This document shows, one piece after another, positions 1 to 10,369 of a DNA stretch of 64,000 bases; position 1 is the first letter of the stretch; every line of letters begins with the position of its first letter. This DNA is from a virus. Lineage: Duplodnaviria > Caudoviricetes. The notes under the pieces are model-generated. The model saw only the letters and a list, made by a program, of their open reading frames with translations. It did not search any database and was not told the DNA's origin. Location: positions 31,238 to 95,237 of IMG/VR virus record IMGVR_UViG_3300021256_000078; one strand, written 5' to 3'. Position numbers and translations under genes: made by a program.

Positions 1-141
1 CTTTTGTAGATCCTTTGCGCTTTCCGGTCTCAAGACGGCACACGGTAGCCGCTGAAGTATTCGATATTTCGGCAAGTTCTCTACAAGAAAGCCCTTTACG
101 AATTCGTTCTGTGTGAATAATGCTTCCGATTTCTTTTACTG

Positions 142-387
142 TCATGTTTCCTCCAATCTCATCAATTTCACAACTCCACCAGGATACCTTTCATCAAACC
201 AATGCCAAATATCCTCACGATTTGTTCCTTTCCGCCACCAGAGAAATGATTCCTGAATGATTCCATCGTCATCTACCGGAGTATTTCCGAATATATCCCA
301 GAATCTTTCAAGTGTTTCAGCAGGATACATCAGTTCGACCGGTTCTTCGACTTCTCTCAAGTTTTTTACAAGCTTGTCATACATCAT
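142..387 (-). CDS. hypothetical phage protein
   Basis: ORF packed in an operon, GAGGGGTG RBS. Confidence 0.7.
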   Translation of the reverse strand: MMYDKLVKNLREVEEPVELMYPAETLERFWDIFGNTPVDDDGIIQESFLWWRKGTNREDIWHWFDERYPGGVVKLMRLEET

Positions 388-741
388 TTACCACCCTCTC
401 CATGCTTGCATCCCATAATTGTATGGGTAGAATTGTGTTACAGGGACGTACTGCACAACTTGGGCGTACTGAGTAACCGGTCGCTGCATTTCTTTCAATG
501 TGCGGTTATAGGTGGCAAGTTGTTCCTCGGTCAGCGTTGACAGTGTGTTGGCAAGTTTAGCTTTTATTTCTTGGTATTCCTTCTCTATTTTTGCTGCGCT
601 TTTTCTTGCTTCTTCTGCCCTGAGTTTTGCCTCGAATAGTTTTATTTCATCCTTTGCTTTCACGTGCGCAGCAATCGCTTGCACAATCACAAATGCCGTC
701 ACCGCGACGACAAGCGCAGCTATGGTCAATGTAGTATTCAT
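388..741 (-). CDS. membrane-anchored coiled-coil protein
   Basis: N-terminal hydrophobic helix followed by a charged coiled coil; GGAGG RBS. Confidence 0.7.
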   Translation of the reverse strand: MNTTLTIAALVVAVTAFVIVQAIAAHVKAKDEIKLFEAKLRAEEARKSAAKIEKEYQEIKAKLANTLSTLTEEQLATYNRTLKEMQRPVTQYAQVVQYVPVTQFYPYNYGMQAWRGW

Positions 742-1106
742 TATTTGTGATCCTCCATTAATGATATTCTGTCATCTGAAAGTTTAGTCATCAGCTTTCC
801 TCCAACGTAATCAGTTCCGCCCTTGCAGAGATTCATTAGGAGCTTGTGGTCATTTGGACCAATCAATATGGTTTTGTCTTTGTTGTGTTTCATTCGCTCG
901 AGGAATATTTCTTTATCATCAGGATCGTCTGAACAGTGATCGTAATAATCATCGTTCGGAATAAGATCATGGTAATAGTAAGCGCCTTCCTCCTGTGACT
1001 CCAAAAACCAGCTATCCGACTTCTCCCAGGAATTCATCGGATTTCTTGCACCTCTGATGGCTGCCTCCCAGCCGAATATCTGTACATTTTCAATTTTAAT
1101 GCTCAT
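741..1106 (-). pseudogene. N-terminal part of a phage ThyX-like protein, apparently truncated
   Basis: GWEAAIRGARNPMNSWEKSDS...IGPND..L..GGTD resembles the family N-terminus as I recall it, but the ORF stops about 22 aa later. Confidence 0.5.
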
Positions 1107-1383
1107 TTAATTCTACCTCCTGAATATAATAAAAAGATCCGAGAGTATAGTACCCTTCGAATATTTGATCCCTGTTTCTATATGTTACTTGTTTTAGTTC
1201 GTCATCCCAGTCTTCTGCATCAAATTCCGCAAGTTCATAGAGCTTTTCTTTGGCCCTTTCTATTGATGTCTCTGCGAAGTGCACTGCACTATGGCAACCA
1301 GAGTTAAGTTCATCTGCTGATACGTATGAATTCTCAGGATCCGTATAAAATCCCCAATCTTCAACTACGAGAAATATTTTCAT
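1096..1383 (-). CDS. hypothetical protein
   Basis: Coupled ORF with AAGGAG RBS. Confidence 0.7.
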   Translation of the reverse strand: MKIFLVVEDWGFYTDPENSYVSADELNSGCHSAVHFAETSIERAKEKLYELAEFDAEDWDDELKQVTYRNRDQIFEGYYTLGSFYYIQEVELNEH

Positions 1384-2172
1384 TTAGTTCTCCTTTAAAA
1401 CACCATTTAGCCGATCTAAATCGACACTGAAACGATCGTAATCGCCAAATTCATCGTACGTTGTATAGCCTTTTACTTTAATTCCATGCTTATGGTACTT
1501 TTTAGTTACCAGTTTCCCTTTATACCAGATCCAGGACAGATGATCTCCATCAACATATGAGCGCCCTGAAATATCCATTTTCCCAGCGCAACCATCAATA
1601 GCCCCAATCCGAAGAAATGTTTTAATATCTTCAAGTTTCTTAAGATTCTCTTCGGTCATAATGCCATTACTCATAAGATAGTTGGTTATTGTTCCAATCC
1701 TATCATTCCATTCTCTAAAAACGACATTTGTATCGTAATATGCTTTAAGGCCATTATATAAGCAACCGAAATACCATTGCGCCGTATCCGGAGCTAAATT
1801 TTCTTTCAGTCGATCATCGCTTCTCCACCCCATGAAATAAGTGGTCTCGTATAAACAATCCTTCATTAATGAATATATTTTATTCGAAATGTCGGAGTGT
1901 TTATCGAGTTTTCCATAAAGTTTTGGAAGCTTTATGAATTCATCTCGGTTGCGCCATGTCTTCTCGTCTAATAGATCGTAGTCATAGAACGGACGATTAA
2001 GCCACCATCCGTACTCATAGATCTTATCTGCTGTTTTTACAACCAGAAAATCATCTCCATGATCAGAATATAGTACTGCAGCAATAATATCTTCTGGCGC
2101 CTCGTCAACATCAGCTTTAAGCTTGATTCCGTCCCAATTGTAAATTGTGATTTCCTTAAAGTTTATGCTCAT
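1384..2172 (-). CDS. hypothetical protein (start reassigned to MSINF)
   Basis: AAGGAG RBS before the ATG at 2172. Confidence 0.75.
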   Translation of the reverse strand: MSINFKEITIYNWDGIKLKADVDEAPEDIIAAVLYSDHGDDFLVVKTADKIYEYGWWLNRPFYDYDLLDEKTWRNRDEFIKLPKLYGKLDKHSDISNKIYSLMKDCLYETTYFMGWRSDDRLKENLAPDTAQWYFGCLYNGLKAYYDTNVVFREWNDRIGTITNYLMSNGIMTEENLKKLEDIKTFLRIGAIDGCAGKMDISGRSYVDGDHLSWIWYKGKLVTKKYHKHGIKVKGYTTYDEFGDYDRFSVDLDRLNGVLKEN

Positions 2173-2190
2173 ATTGTTCTCCTTTTTTAT

Positions 2191-2301
2191 AAAAAAAATA
2201 AGAGAAGATGTCTTCAACTATTCCTCACTCGTCCTCACCTTGTTGCTAATGCGACGCGGCGATTTTTTTTTGAATAGTTATCCAATTCCAACATCTTCTC
2301 T
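2191..2301 (-). ncRNA. candidate small RNA downstream of a motif promoter
   Basis: Motif at 2299-2326; 11-bp closing stem 2201-2211/2291-2301, inner AACTATTC/GAATAGTT stem, followed by a U tract. Confidence 0.45.
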
Positions 2302-2340
2302 ATTATAGAAACTGTTATTTTTGCGATTCTTTCGTGCAGA

Positions 2341-2601
2341 TCAATTGTAGTCTCCTTCCGCTCTGAGAAGCTCCACATCTAATTCCATCTCAGGATTTCT
2401 AACATATATTCTTTCATCCGGCAACATTTCTCTGGCTTTCATCAGAAGTTCTTTGCTGATGTAATATTCCATTGTCTTATCATCAAGGGTATACAAGATT
2501 ACTGGAGGCGTGCATACATTATCGTATACAATAAACTCCTTCTTGCCCCAGCTCATTTTGTCATGGTTGTACTGATCTTCAGTAATTACAAATGGTTTCA
2601 T
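2341..2601 (-). CDS. hypothetical protein
   Basis: AAGGAG RBS, operon packing. Confidence 0.7.
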   Translation of the reverse strand: MKPFVITEDQYNHDKMSWGKKEFIVYDNVCTPPVILYTLDDKTMEYYISKELLMKAREMLPDERIYVRNPEMELDVELLRAEGDYN

Positions 2602-2615
2602 TTAGTTTCTCCTTT

Positions 2616-2813
2616 TCAAATATAATCCTTACAGATTCGGCAATCTAGACCCATCGCATCTACTATTGCCACCATACTCTCTGGAAAAGTTCTTCCATCT
2701 CGAAAATCATTCCATGAGATAACGTCCATATAATAATCAGTATCGAGTTCGTACGGGTATGATTTAATGAAATCGACAAATTCACCTCGACTTACTTTCT
2801 GCCAGTTTTTCAT
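2616..2813 (-). CDS. hypothetical protein (start MKNWQ)
   Basis: GGGAG RBS, coupled to the upstream gene. Confidence 0.6.
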   Translation of the reverse strand: MKNWQKVSRGEFVDFIKSYPYELDTDYYMDVISWNDFRDGRTFPESMVAIVDAMGLDCRICKDYI

Positions 2814-2814
2814 A

Positions 2815-3087
2815 TTAATCTCCCTTCCAAAGCATGGGACTTCCGTCGGGATTAACCAGTACCGTGAAATTACCAGTATTATAGGTTCCACAAGATACAG
2901 CATACATGACTTTAGTATCACGATGATATACGATTCGATATGAGTCCATTCCGCTCCCTTCGACGATAATAAACATCGAGACGGGTTTTTGCGGTTTCTC
3001 GTCTACTCGCTCAATTGGTGTACCGCAGCCAATTAGAAAGAACGCAAATATCACGCAGAGTAATGCACAAATGATTCGTTTAATCAA
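2815..3087 (-). CDS. small lipoprotein
   Basis: Signal peptide with lipobox LIG-C; HRDTKVMY...LVNPDGSP pattern seen in Firmicutes phage lipoproteins. Confidence 0.7.
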   Translation of the reverse strand: MIKRIICALLCVIFAFFLIGCGTPIERVDEKPQKPVSMFIIVEGSGMDSYRIVYHRDTKVMYAVSCGTYNTGNFTVLVNPDGSPMLWKGD

Positions 3088-3262
3088 TTGGTTCTCCTTT
3101 CCTATTTACCCAATCCAATGAACAAATATAACGAATTGACTCTACAGTACTGTATGAACATTTGTCGCAATGCCCATTGCATGTAGAATTTCGATTTAGA
3201 CATCTAAATGACGTTTGAGGTATCCCATGTGCACAATGTTGACAGTTGTTCGAACAGGTCAT
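3080..3262 (-). CDS. Cys-rich small protein
   Basis: CxxxCxxC twice; overlapping start and stop codons. Confidence 0.6.
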   Translation of the reverse strand: MTCSNNCQHCAHGIPQTSFRCLNRNSTCNGHCDKCSYSTVESIRYICSLDWVNRKGEPID

Positions 3263-3702
3263 TCAGATTCTCCTTTCACGTTGCTTTCATCCACACCTTT
3301 AAACCCGCCATGCTTTTCGATGAGCTTCTCTACAATATCAACTGGAACATAGCCATAAACAGTGTTAATATAGTCATCGCCCTCAGCATATTCGTTGATA
3401 AGTTCGTCCTCTTCTGACGGATAGCCAAGTTCTACAGATTCGTACGGCGTGAAGCGATCGGTTTCGAAATTTCTTTGCGTTTTACTCGATGTCCACCAGC
3501 TGCCGTTAATAACCTGCCATCCATCTTCATTTTGCCACTGCGTATAACGAGGATCGCAATACATGTATTCGCTTGCCTGCACAGATACAGAATATCCATC
3601 ATTGCAGACAATCCTGGGTCTAACTTCTTGATAAAAAGGCTCTGGCCCTAAACTGATAATACTAATGGTTTCTTTAAGCCAATAATTCAGATCAAAGCTC
3701 AT
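3259..3702 (-). CDS. hypothetical phage protein
   Basis: CNDGYSVSVQAS...YCDPR motif; operon packing. Confidence 0.7.
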   Translation of the reverse strand: MSFDLNYWLKETISIISLGPEPFYQEVRPRIVCNDGYSVSVQASEYMYCDPRYTQWQNEDGWQVINGSWWTSSKTQRNFETDRFTPYESVELGYPSEEDELINEYAEGDDYINTVYGYVPVDIVEKLIEKHGGFKGVDESNVKGESE

Positions 3703-3715
3703 TATGATTCTTCTT

Positions 3716-4030
3716 TCAAATATCATGCTCTAACAGTTCCCGTTCCCAGTCCTCAACTGGATGTGCATACAGTTTGACCATTTTCCCTGATGCCAGAGTG
3801 TCCAGCTCTCGCCATGGGAAAATATAAGTGCAGTCCATATACCAGTTATAGATTGTGTGACCTGTCTCGAAATTGTTCAGACAATAAGTCTCTCCGATAA
3901 AGTCACAGTTATTCCAGCTCAGCAGCTCTGAAAGATAGAGGACCTGGTCTTTCAGATAATCCTCCAGGTCCTCTTTCGGGATTCTCAGGTTGATGTTCCC
4001 ATTCTTGAATTGTATGCACTTTTTGCTCAT
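3716..4030 (-). CDS. hypothetical protein
   Basis: ORF in operon. Confidence 0.65.
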   Translation of the reverse strand: MSKKCIQFKNGNINLRIPKEDLEDYLKDQVLYLSELLSWNNCDFIGETYCLNNFETGHTIYNWYMDCTYIFPWRELDTLASGKMVKLYAHPVEDWERELLEHDI

Positions 4031-4044
4031 TGTGCAGTTACCAT

Positions 4045-4596
4045 TCAGAGTAGCCTCTTCAGAAATTCCTTTTCGGCCAGAAGACGGAAATATAATTTCA
4101 GCTCCGGGATTCCTTCACAAATGATCGCAAGGCACTTATCATAATGCCATTTCGATAGTGTGTTCCCAGTTGGATGAATAAATTCCACCTCTTCGAAGTG
4201 CTTTGGATTCTCAGGCTCCTTGTTGGTTGCTGCCAGGATGTGATAGTCTGTTGAAAAGCTGAAATTTTCAGTGACGTTCCGATACAGTTTCGGAAAATCA
4301 ACGTCCTGGGCGATGCTCAGGATCCGGTTATATTGCCCATAGTCTGAGGAAGTACTCCCAATGCAGATCCAGCCGTCTTCAAACATACGGGACAATATGG
4401 CGATCAGCGTTGACTTTCCGCTTCTTGCCCCTCCGACCAGGGTTATCCATTTCGGCAGCCAGTGCATCATACCGAGTTCCATGTACTTGATGATGGTCTC
4501 GATTCGCTGTTTGCCGTCCGAACCATACAGGGTCAGGATCAGCTCATTCCATGCATCAATAGATGCGTAATGACCGTTCATGTGTGTTCCCTCCAA
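4045..4596 (-). CDS. P-loop NTPase-like protein
   Basis: Walker A motif GGARSGKST. Confidence 0.65.
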   Translation of the reverse strand: MEGTHMNGHYASIDAWNELILTLYGSDGKQRIETIIKYMELGMMHWLPKWITLVGGARSGKSTLIAILSRMFEDGWICIGSTSSDYGQYNRILSIAQDVDFPKLYRNVTENFSFSTDYHILAATNKEPENPKHFEEVEFIHPTGNTLSKWHYDKCLAIICEGIPELKLYFRLLAEKEFLKRLL

Positions 4597-5325
4597 TCAT
4601 TTCTCAAATTCCTTCCACATCATACTCGGCTGAATGCCGGAATTTTTCTGATACTTACCGCCATCTTCGTATTTCATAATGTTCTTGTTGTCATCATCTG
4701 GAATCCAAATATCACAGTCAGGAGCAATCGTGTGATAATAGATTTGACAAATTTCCACCCCGGGATAAATTCTGATCGGCTGCACACAGCTGATTTCCAA
4801 CGTCCAGTATCCACTGAACCCGATGTCCCCGAATCCAGCTGTCGAATGAACTGAGATGCCAAGCCGTCCAACTGAGGATCTCCCTTCCAACATAGGCACG
4901 AACTTATGGGTTTCGGTGTATTCCATGGTCCGTCCCAAATATAAGACCCCTGGCAAAAGCGTGTGGCCTTCTTTTGGGATCTTAAAGGAATAGGTCTCCA
5001 TATTTTCTTTCATGTCAAGTACAATCGGATCGCTTAGACTGGAATATCTTTTGCGGTAAGATTCGAGAATCTGATAGTATTCTGTCTCGCTGACTCGCTT
5101 CTGTAGATATTCTTCATAAAGCTGTTTATGGGTCAAAATCGCATCCATAGACCGTACATAGTATTTCCGTTCATCTAAGGATGGCAATGGATAACTGTAT
5201 ACTATCAGCTCATCCGCCAGTCTCAGATTGTAGCTGTTCGGATTGAGCCGTTTCTCATCCCAGTCCGAAATGCTGAGATAACCATGTTCTCTTGCCCATT
5301 TGATCTGGTTTCCGGTTAGAATCAC
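4597..5325 (-). CDS. dcd: dCTP deaminase
   Basis: LNPNSYNLRL, GRSSVGRLG, AGFGDIGFSGYWTLE, IYPGVEICQI, KYQ motifs. Confidence 0.92.
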   Translation of the reverse strand: MILTGNQIKWAREHGYLSISDWDEKRLNPNSYNLRLADELIVYSYPLPSLDERKYYVRSMDAILTHKQLYEEYLQKRVSETEYYQILESYRKRYSSLSDPIVLDMKENMETYSFKIPKEGHTLLPGVLYLGRTMEYTETHKFVPMLEGRSSVGRLGISVHSTAGFGDIGFSGYWTLEISCVQPIRIYPGVEICQIYYHTIAPDCDIWIPDDDNKNIMKYEDGGKYQKNSGIQPSMMWKEFEK

Positions 5326-7061
5326 TCAAACTCTCCTCCAATCAGGCCTTCTTTGAGCCAGAAGTTGCCGATTCCCTGAATGTCCGACTGACTGAGTGAG
5401 ATTTTTGGCGTTGTCGATATGGTTCCAGAACGATTCACATAATCGAACCAGATGAGGAATTCTTTTGGCGTTCCATCGCTGTCTCTCGTTATTTCACAAG
5501 TGCATCCTTTTGCCTCATAGGATTTTTTTCTGGTGTATTTTTCCTGAAGTTTCTCAAGTATTTTCACGATTTATTCTCCTTTTTATGTTCAATATGTTGT
5601 GCAAGCAGTTCTTTGAATAAGTCAGTGTAGTGTGATCCGGTAAATCCGCTGCCTTCCCCAAGACCACGCCACGGTGACCAAATATCAGGTTCTGGTTCCG
5701 GATCGTAATACATCGTTACATCATCTGGCACCTTCCCGCTTGGCTCAAATGTATATCCTTCAAATAGTTCGCTCATCTAACCTTCTCCTCAGGAATCATG
5801 AACCTTGACGCCTTGCCTTCGGCTTTACCGGATTCTGGTGAAGCTTTCTCTCTTCGGTCTGCTCCATGTAATAGACCGCATGAGCATAGGTGTCGCAATA
5901 AGGGCATTTGATGTACGGCAGGTCATCCATAACACCGCTTTTCGATGCCAGGAATTCACATCGCTTCTTAGTGACGGCAAACTCCTGTCCGCAGAACCAG
6001 CATCTGACCTTCGTACTAGCCGGCATCACCAGATGTTTGTTGTCTCCGCCGTACCGCATATCGATTTCCATTGGGAACCTGACTTCTCCATGAGCTGATG
6101 TCATCTGAATTTCCTCCTGCTTTTGTTCTTTTGTTCAATCACGACATCCGGGTTTTGGAAATATAAATCCGAAAAATCCCGTTCAACGCTGCTGTTTCCA
6201 CGGTTAAGATAGCGTCCGTGGATTCTCCAGTAGTTCCGATAAATACCGCGTTCCTCATCGAAAACCCATTTTTCCGGATCCTGTGTGTCGAACATCATAA
6301 CTTCGATCCGGTCCCTGACTTCCCGTCCTGTCTTTTTGTCGATGTACGGCCGATAGAAAATATCACCGACTTCTACGGGGCACGCAACTTTCTGTGCATT
6401 AAGCGTCATTCTAAAGCTCCTCTATATAGAATTTCTGTTCCAAAAAACTTATGAAATTCTCACTTTTCCGTGAGCAATGCGTTCCCGGATCACGTCATCC
6501 AGAACCGTCTTGATGGTATACCGGTCCATTCCATTCGGTCTGAGTGTCCGTTCAAGAGCCCGAAGCTTTTCTTCGGCATCCTTTTTGTTCTGCTCACTCT
6601 TGTCTCCATGGTACCGAATAATGGCATCCGCCGCCTCTTTAAACAGTCTGTACATTATCGTTTCCCTCCTTTCTGATGTCCCTGAAGCTTTTCCAGCCAG
6701 ATGGGTCTGGTAACCCGATAGATTTCCTTCGTTGCAAAGCAACCCTTTTCGAAGGTTGTCCACTGACTGATGGGCCTGCTCTTGTAATTGCTGTAACGTT
6801 CCTCAACAATGTTGATGTATTCCTGACCTGTCATGAATTGTTCTCCTTTCCACTGAATGCTTTAATGAAAGCTTCTTCACCAATTGTTTCCATGTGCTTC
6901 TTACAATTCCTGCAAATATAACTGTTACGCCATTTGTAGAGTGTTACGTTCAACGCTCCGCATCCGACACAGAAAACATGAGACCCTGCACGTCTGATCT
7001 TTTTCTGGTGCAGAATCTCATCAATCTGTTCTTGATAACCGATTTCGCCGACAGAACTCAT
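5322..7061 (-). CDS. run of small coupled hypothetical genes (5322-5567, 5564-5776, 5796-6104 Zn ribbon, 6101-6409, 6449-6655, 6655-6834, 6831-7061 Zn ribbon)
   Basis: Overlapping ATGA start/stop junctions and GGAGG RBSs; CxxC pairs in two products; 6655-6834 (59 aa) read by hand. Confidence 0.6.
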
Positions 7062-7065
7062 GGTA

Positions 7066-7602
7066 TCAGCCTCCGATAAACGGGTTCGGGCATTCCCAGA
7101 GCCAGTCCTTGTAATCGTGGCCTCCAACTTTTACAATCTCTCCATTGTGAATCTCGACCTCGTCATCGAACTCAAGCCCGCATTCCCATCCGAAAAGATG
7201 CAGATCGATATCGTAGTTTTTCGAAATATTAATCCAATCCTCGTAATTGATTCCAAATCCCCAGGCTTGCTTGACCGGAAGAATGACAAGCATTTTCCCG
7301 TCTTCAATCCACGAGAAAATTTCATTCTTCCGCATTCCGATACTCTGACCCCAATCGACAAAGGCTCTTTTGGTTCCGGAAATATAAATGTACTCGCCAT
7401 TGTCCTTCAGATCCACGGGGATACCATAGCCATCTTCCAGATCCTCTTTCTTGATCCGTTCCATCATTTTGCAGATGTACTTGGTCTGTCCATGAACATC
7501 ACGTTCCCGCTCATTGTAAATCTCAAATCCCTCGTTCAGAAATTTCATGACGTTTTCTGTTTTGCCACGAAATCTCAGTGTTCCTGCACACCAGTTTGGC
7601 AT
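7066..7602 (-). CDS. YubB/Api92-like ferredoxin-fold protein
   Basis: MPNWC N-terminus with an AW motif, typical of this family. Confidence 0.6.
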   Translation of the reverse strand: MPNWCAGTLRFRGKTENVMKFLNEGFEIYNERERDVHGQTKYICKMMERIKKEDLEDGYGIPVDLKDNGEYIYISGTKRAFVDWGQSIGMRKNEIFSWIEDGKMLVILPVKQAWGFGINYEDWINISKNYDIDLHLFGWECGLEFDDEVEIHNGEIVKVGGHDYKDWLWECPNPFIGG

Positions 7603-7616
7603 TTATTTCTCCTTTC

Positions 7617-8413
7617 TTAGTCTTCATATGCGGGCAGTGTTTCGGTATCTTCCAGGATGACCTCACCTTCCCAATAGAGATCCTTTCCGTCTGCTGATCC
7701 ATTCAGCTTGTGAAAACGCTCAGGATCTGTTCTCGGGTCGTCGCAGGGTCCGTTCAGCGCGTGCTTCGGATTAGTGGTGTGGTGACAATAATCGAATCCC
7801 GGTTTTCCGCATCGAAAACATCCGAGCTTGTCACTGCACTCATCCAGGCCGTCGCATATGTAAGCGGTCAGAATATCATCCATTGCTCTTCTCCTTATAT
7901 CGCACGGGTTTCTCGGTTCCCTCTCGAACCGATTCCTCGAGGCAGTCGTCACAGTACTGGACTTCCACCCCATCATTCCAGTATTCGCAGTTTGGGCAAT
8001 ACTTGTCGAATCTCACAAGCTTGTTTTCACTGTTCGAGATCATTTTCGTCATCCTCCTCTTCATATGATTTGTTTGTGGCCTCAACTCTTGCTTCTTCTG
8101 TCATTTTGTGAATTGCACGGCCGAGATCTAAACCGGAAATGGTCTCGTTCTTATGCTGGCTGACATACACGGCGAGTCTCTGCCGAAAGCTCCGATAGCG
8201 CTCTTCCCACATGGATCCACGGTTCTTGGCCCGGATAAATGGCATGCTGAGATCCATGATGGTCCGATAGTCCGATTCGCCCAGACCGAATGTCCGTTTG
8301 ATCTTTCCTACTGTGTCCCTGGTGTCCGCCCGAATGATTCGTTCCATGGTCGAAACGATAAGCTGAACCTGGTCCGGTGTGAGTTCCGGAAGCTTGTTAT
8401 CTGAAGTTGTCAT
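7617..8413 (-). CDS. three small coupled genes (7617-7883 Cys-rich, 7876-8043 Zn finger, 8027-8413)
   Basis: Overlapping ORFs with RBSs; CxxC motifs. Confidence 0.6.
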
Positions 8414-8907
8414 CAGAAATCTCCTTTCGAAATATCCGCGATGATTTCAATGATTTCGTTCCGGTAGTAGGTGCTGCGGCACTTGTCAGCCAGGGTTCTG
8501 AGCATAGTAATCGCATAGGTCATGGTGCTTGCCGAGATGCTGCTCTGGTTACTGCTCAGAATATCCTTGATCTGATCGGCTGCCTGCGCGATATAGTATT
8601 CACTGCTGCTGGTGCTGATCGTGGACGTTACTGCTGCAATCCCGGCTTCAATGGGATTATTCGGAAGCAGCATGATGGTCGAGGGGTAGGAACTCTGGTT
8701 TCCGGAAGCTTTGCTCTCCACCCGAAGGCCATAGGGATCGGTCAGAACATCATAGGGGATGTTCAGTTTCTTGCAGAGCAGCGCCAGTCCGATGGTCGCT
8801 CCTCCGCTGACGATAAGCGGCATTCCGGCCGAGAGAATATCTCCGCAGGTTTTGCTGACGCCTTTCGCTACTTTTTCCCAGTCGATGCTGAAGTTGAATT
8901 TCGCCAT
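8413..8907 (-). CDS. membrane-associated hypothetical protein
   Basis: AAGGAGG RBS before MAKFN; hydrophobic segment. Confidence 0.7.
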   Translation of the reverse strand: MAKFNFSIDWEKVAKGVSKTCGDILSAGMPLIVSGGATIGLALLCKKLNIPYDVLTDPYGLRVESKASGNQSSYPSTIMLLPNNPIEAGIAAVTSTISTSSSEYYIAQAADQIKDILSSNQSSISASTMTYAITMLRTLADKCRSTYYRNEIIEIIADISKGDF

Positions 8908-8997
8908 GATTGGTTCCTCCTTAAAATAAAAAATTAGAGGAAGAGCCATTTCGGTCTCTCCCTCACTATAGGCTTTGTAGATTTTACGAATTGTTCA

Positions 8998-9046
8998 TTT
9001 CATTTTTGAAAGAACTCTTTCAAATCTGAAAATTTTATGTTAGGAT
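8998..9046 (+). promoter_or_regulatory. tandem TTTCA-N4-TGAAA palindromes overlapping a rightward extended -10 promoter (TGTTAGGAT)
   Basis: Palindromes at 8998-9011 and 9018-9031; nearly the same element occurs at 22867-22915. Confidence 0.6.
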
Positions 9047-9067
9047 GAAAAGGAAATGCGGCCTATC

Positions 9068-9331
9068 CTACAGTTTCTCACCGCAGAACGGACAATACTG
9101 AATCTTGACACTGACCGCTTCCAGCGCGATGCCCTTGAACTCACCTTCAAGACCTTTTACCTGAGCCTCAAGAGTCATGAATGGCTTCTCGCCTTTTCTG
9201 GCATTCTTGAGATCGGGATTCCAGCGCACCATGTACAGTTCAAGGGCCTCGTTTCTACTGTGAAACGGATTGGATTTCAGACGCTTGTTTACAACACGGT
9301 AGTCGTCACTCAGATCGCAAAATTCGCACAT
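9068..9331 (-). CDS. Zn-ribbon protein
   Basis: MCEFC...IQYCPFCGEKL; AAGGAG RBS. Confidence 0.75.
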   Translation of the reverse strand: MCEFCDLSDDYRVVNKRLKSNPFHSRNEALELYMVRWNPDLKNARKGEKPFMTLEAQVKGLEGEFKGIALEAVSVKIQYCPFCGEKL

Positions 9332-9374
9332 AATGATTCACTCCTTAAAAATTAGTGTATTGGAGGTAATAACG

Positions 9375-9578
9375 ATGACAATTTGTGACAGATGCAGAGC
9401 CGAATTCAACATGGCCAGGGTAAAAGCTGACATCAATCGGCACTGGGGTCCAGGCCGGTATGAATATGTTCAGCGACATAGCGGCACATTGTGCGAAGAC
9501 TGTTGCACGGATTATCTTTACTGCGAAGATGAAGATGGCAATCCTATCGATCCGAAAGACATAGTTTATCCGGACTGA
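9375..9578 (+). CDS. small Zn-finger protein, the only credible + strand gene
   Basis: GGAGGT RBS; CDRC and CEDC. Confidence 0.6.
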   Translation: MTICDRCRAEFNMARVKADINRHWGPGRYEYVQRHSGTLCEDCCTDYLYCEDEDGNPIDPKDIVYPD

Positions 9579-9912
9579 TTTCCCATTTTTCCTGTCTTAG
9601 GGGTTTCATTCGAAGGGTCCACATGATTTTTCTTACCGGGAAAATTGGGTACATGCCGTTTTCATCAGGAACTGACGCATTCTCGTTAAAAAACCGTGGA
9701 AAGTTTTCATGAGCACAAATATCATAGGAAAGCCAGGGATCGACGGTGCCCCATCATCGAGCCTTGGTTTTTTCATTGTAACGTTCCTGAATAAGGATAA
9801 TACCCTTGCCGCCTCGTTTAATAAGCGTGCATCTGTTGAACAGCACATGGTCACAAATATAAATTTCTCCTGCACCGCTCCATTTCTCAGGTTTCTCGTA
9901 ATAGTACTTCAT
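9544..9912 (-). pseudogene. phage protein interrupted by an in-frame TGA
   Basis: MKYYYEKP...KTKAR*WGTVDPWL; the frame stays open to TAG at 9544. Confidence 0.65.
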
Positions 9913-9974
9913 GTCACTCCCATTTTGAAACAGAAAGGAAAGGCCCTGTCTCCAGAGCCCTTCCTGGTTAAACA

Positions 9975-10247
9975 TTATTCTTTTCCGATTTTGTCCGGAT
10001 GCAGATAGCACTTGATTCCATGAGACGCCAACTTTGCCGTTTTCTCAATCAGGCCGACCTTATCGTGTAATTCCTGCTTGTTTCTCGGAATCCGGTGGTC
10101 TCCTTTGGTCCACTCGTACTCACAGTCTGGATCCAGATTGTCCTTCTCCATCGCGAGGCCGGTAAGGGCCATTATGTAACACACCCATTCCTGAATAACC
10201 TTCGCCACGATGATGCCTCCGATTATTTTCGCTGCCGTTTTCTTCAT
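9975..10247 (-). CDS. cassette gene, membrane protein
   Basis: Downstream of the motif at 10295; hydrophobic N-terminus. Confidence 0.65.
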   Translation of the reverse strand: MKKTAAKIIGGIIVAKVIQEWVCYIMALTGLAMEKDNLDPDCEYEWTKGDHRIPRNKQELHDKVGLIEKTAKLASHGIKCYLHPDKIGKE

Positions 10248-10369
10248 GCTGTGTTCCATCCTTTCGATAAAAAATAGTGTTTGAGGTTTTATCCTCATTA
10301 TACGAAGTGTAAAAATTACGAACGAAATAGAAGAGGAGCTGCAAATATAACAGTCCTCTTGCCTGAGTA

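Noticed and set aside
9754-9756. Genome-wide TGA recoding
   Set aside because: TGA correctly terminates terL, tape measure and major tail genes and forms many ATGA overlaps
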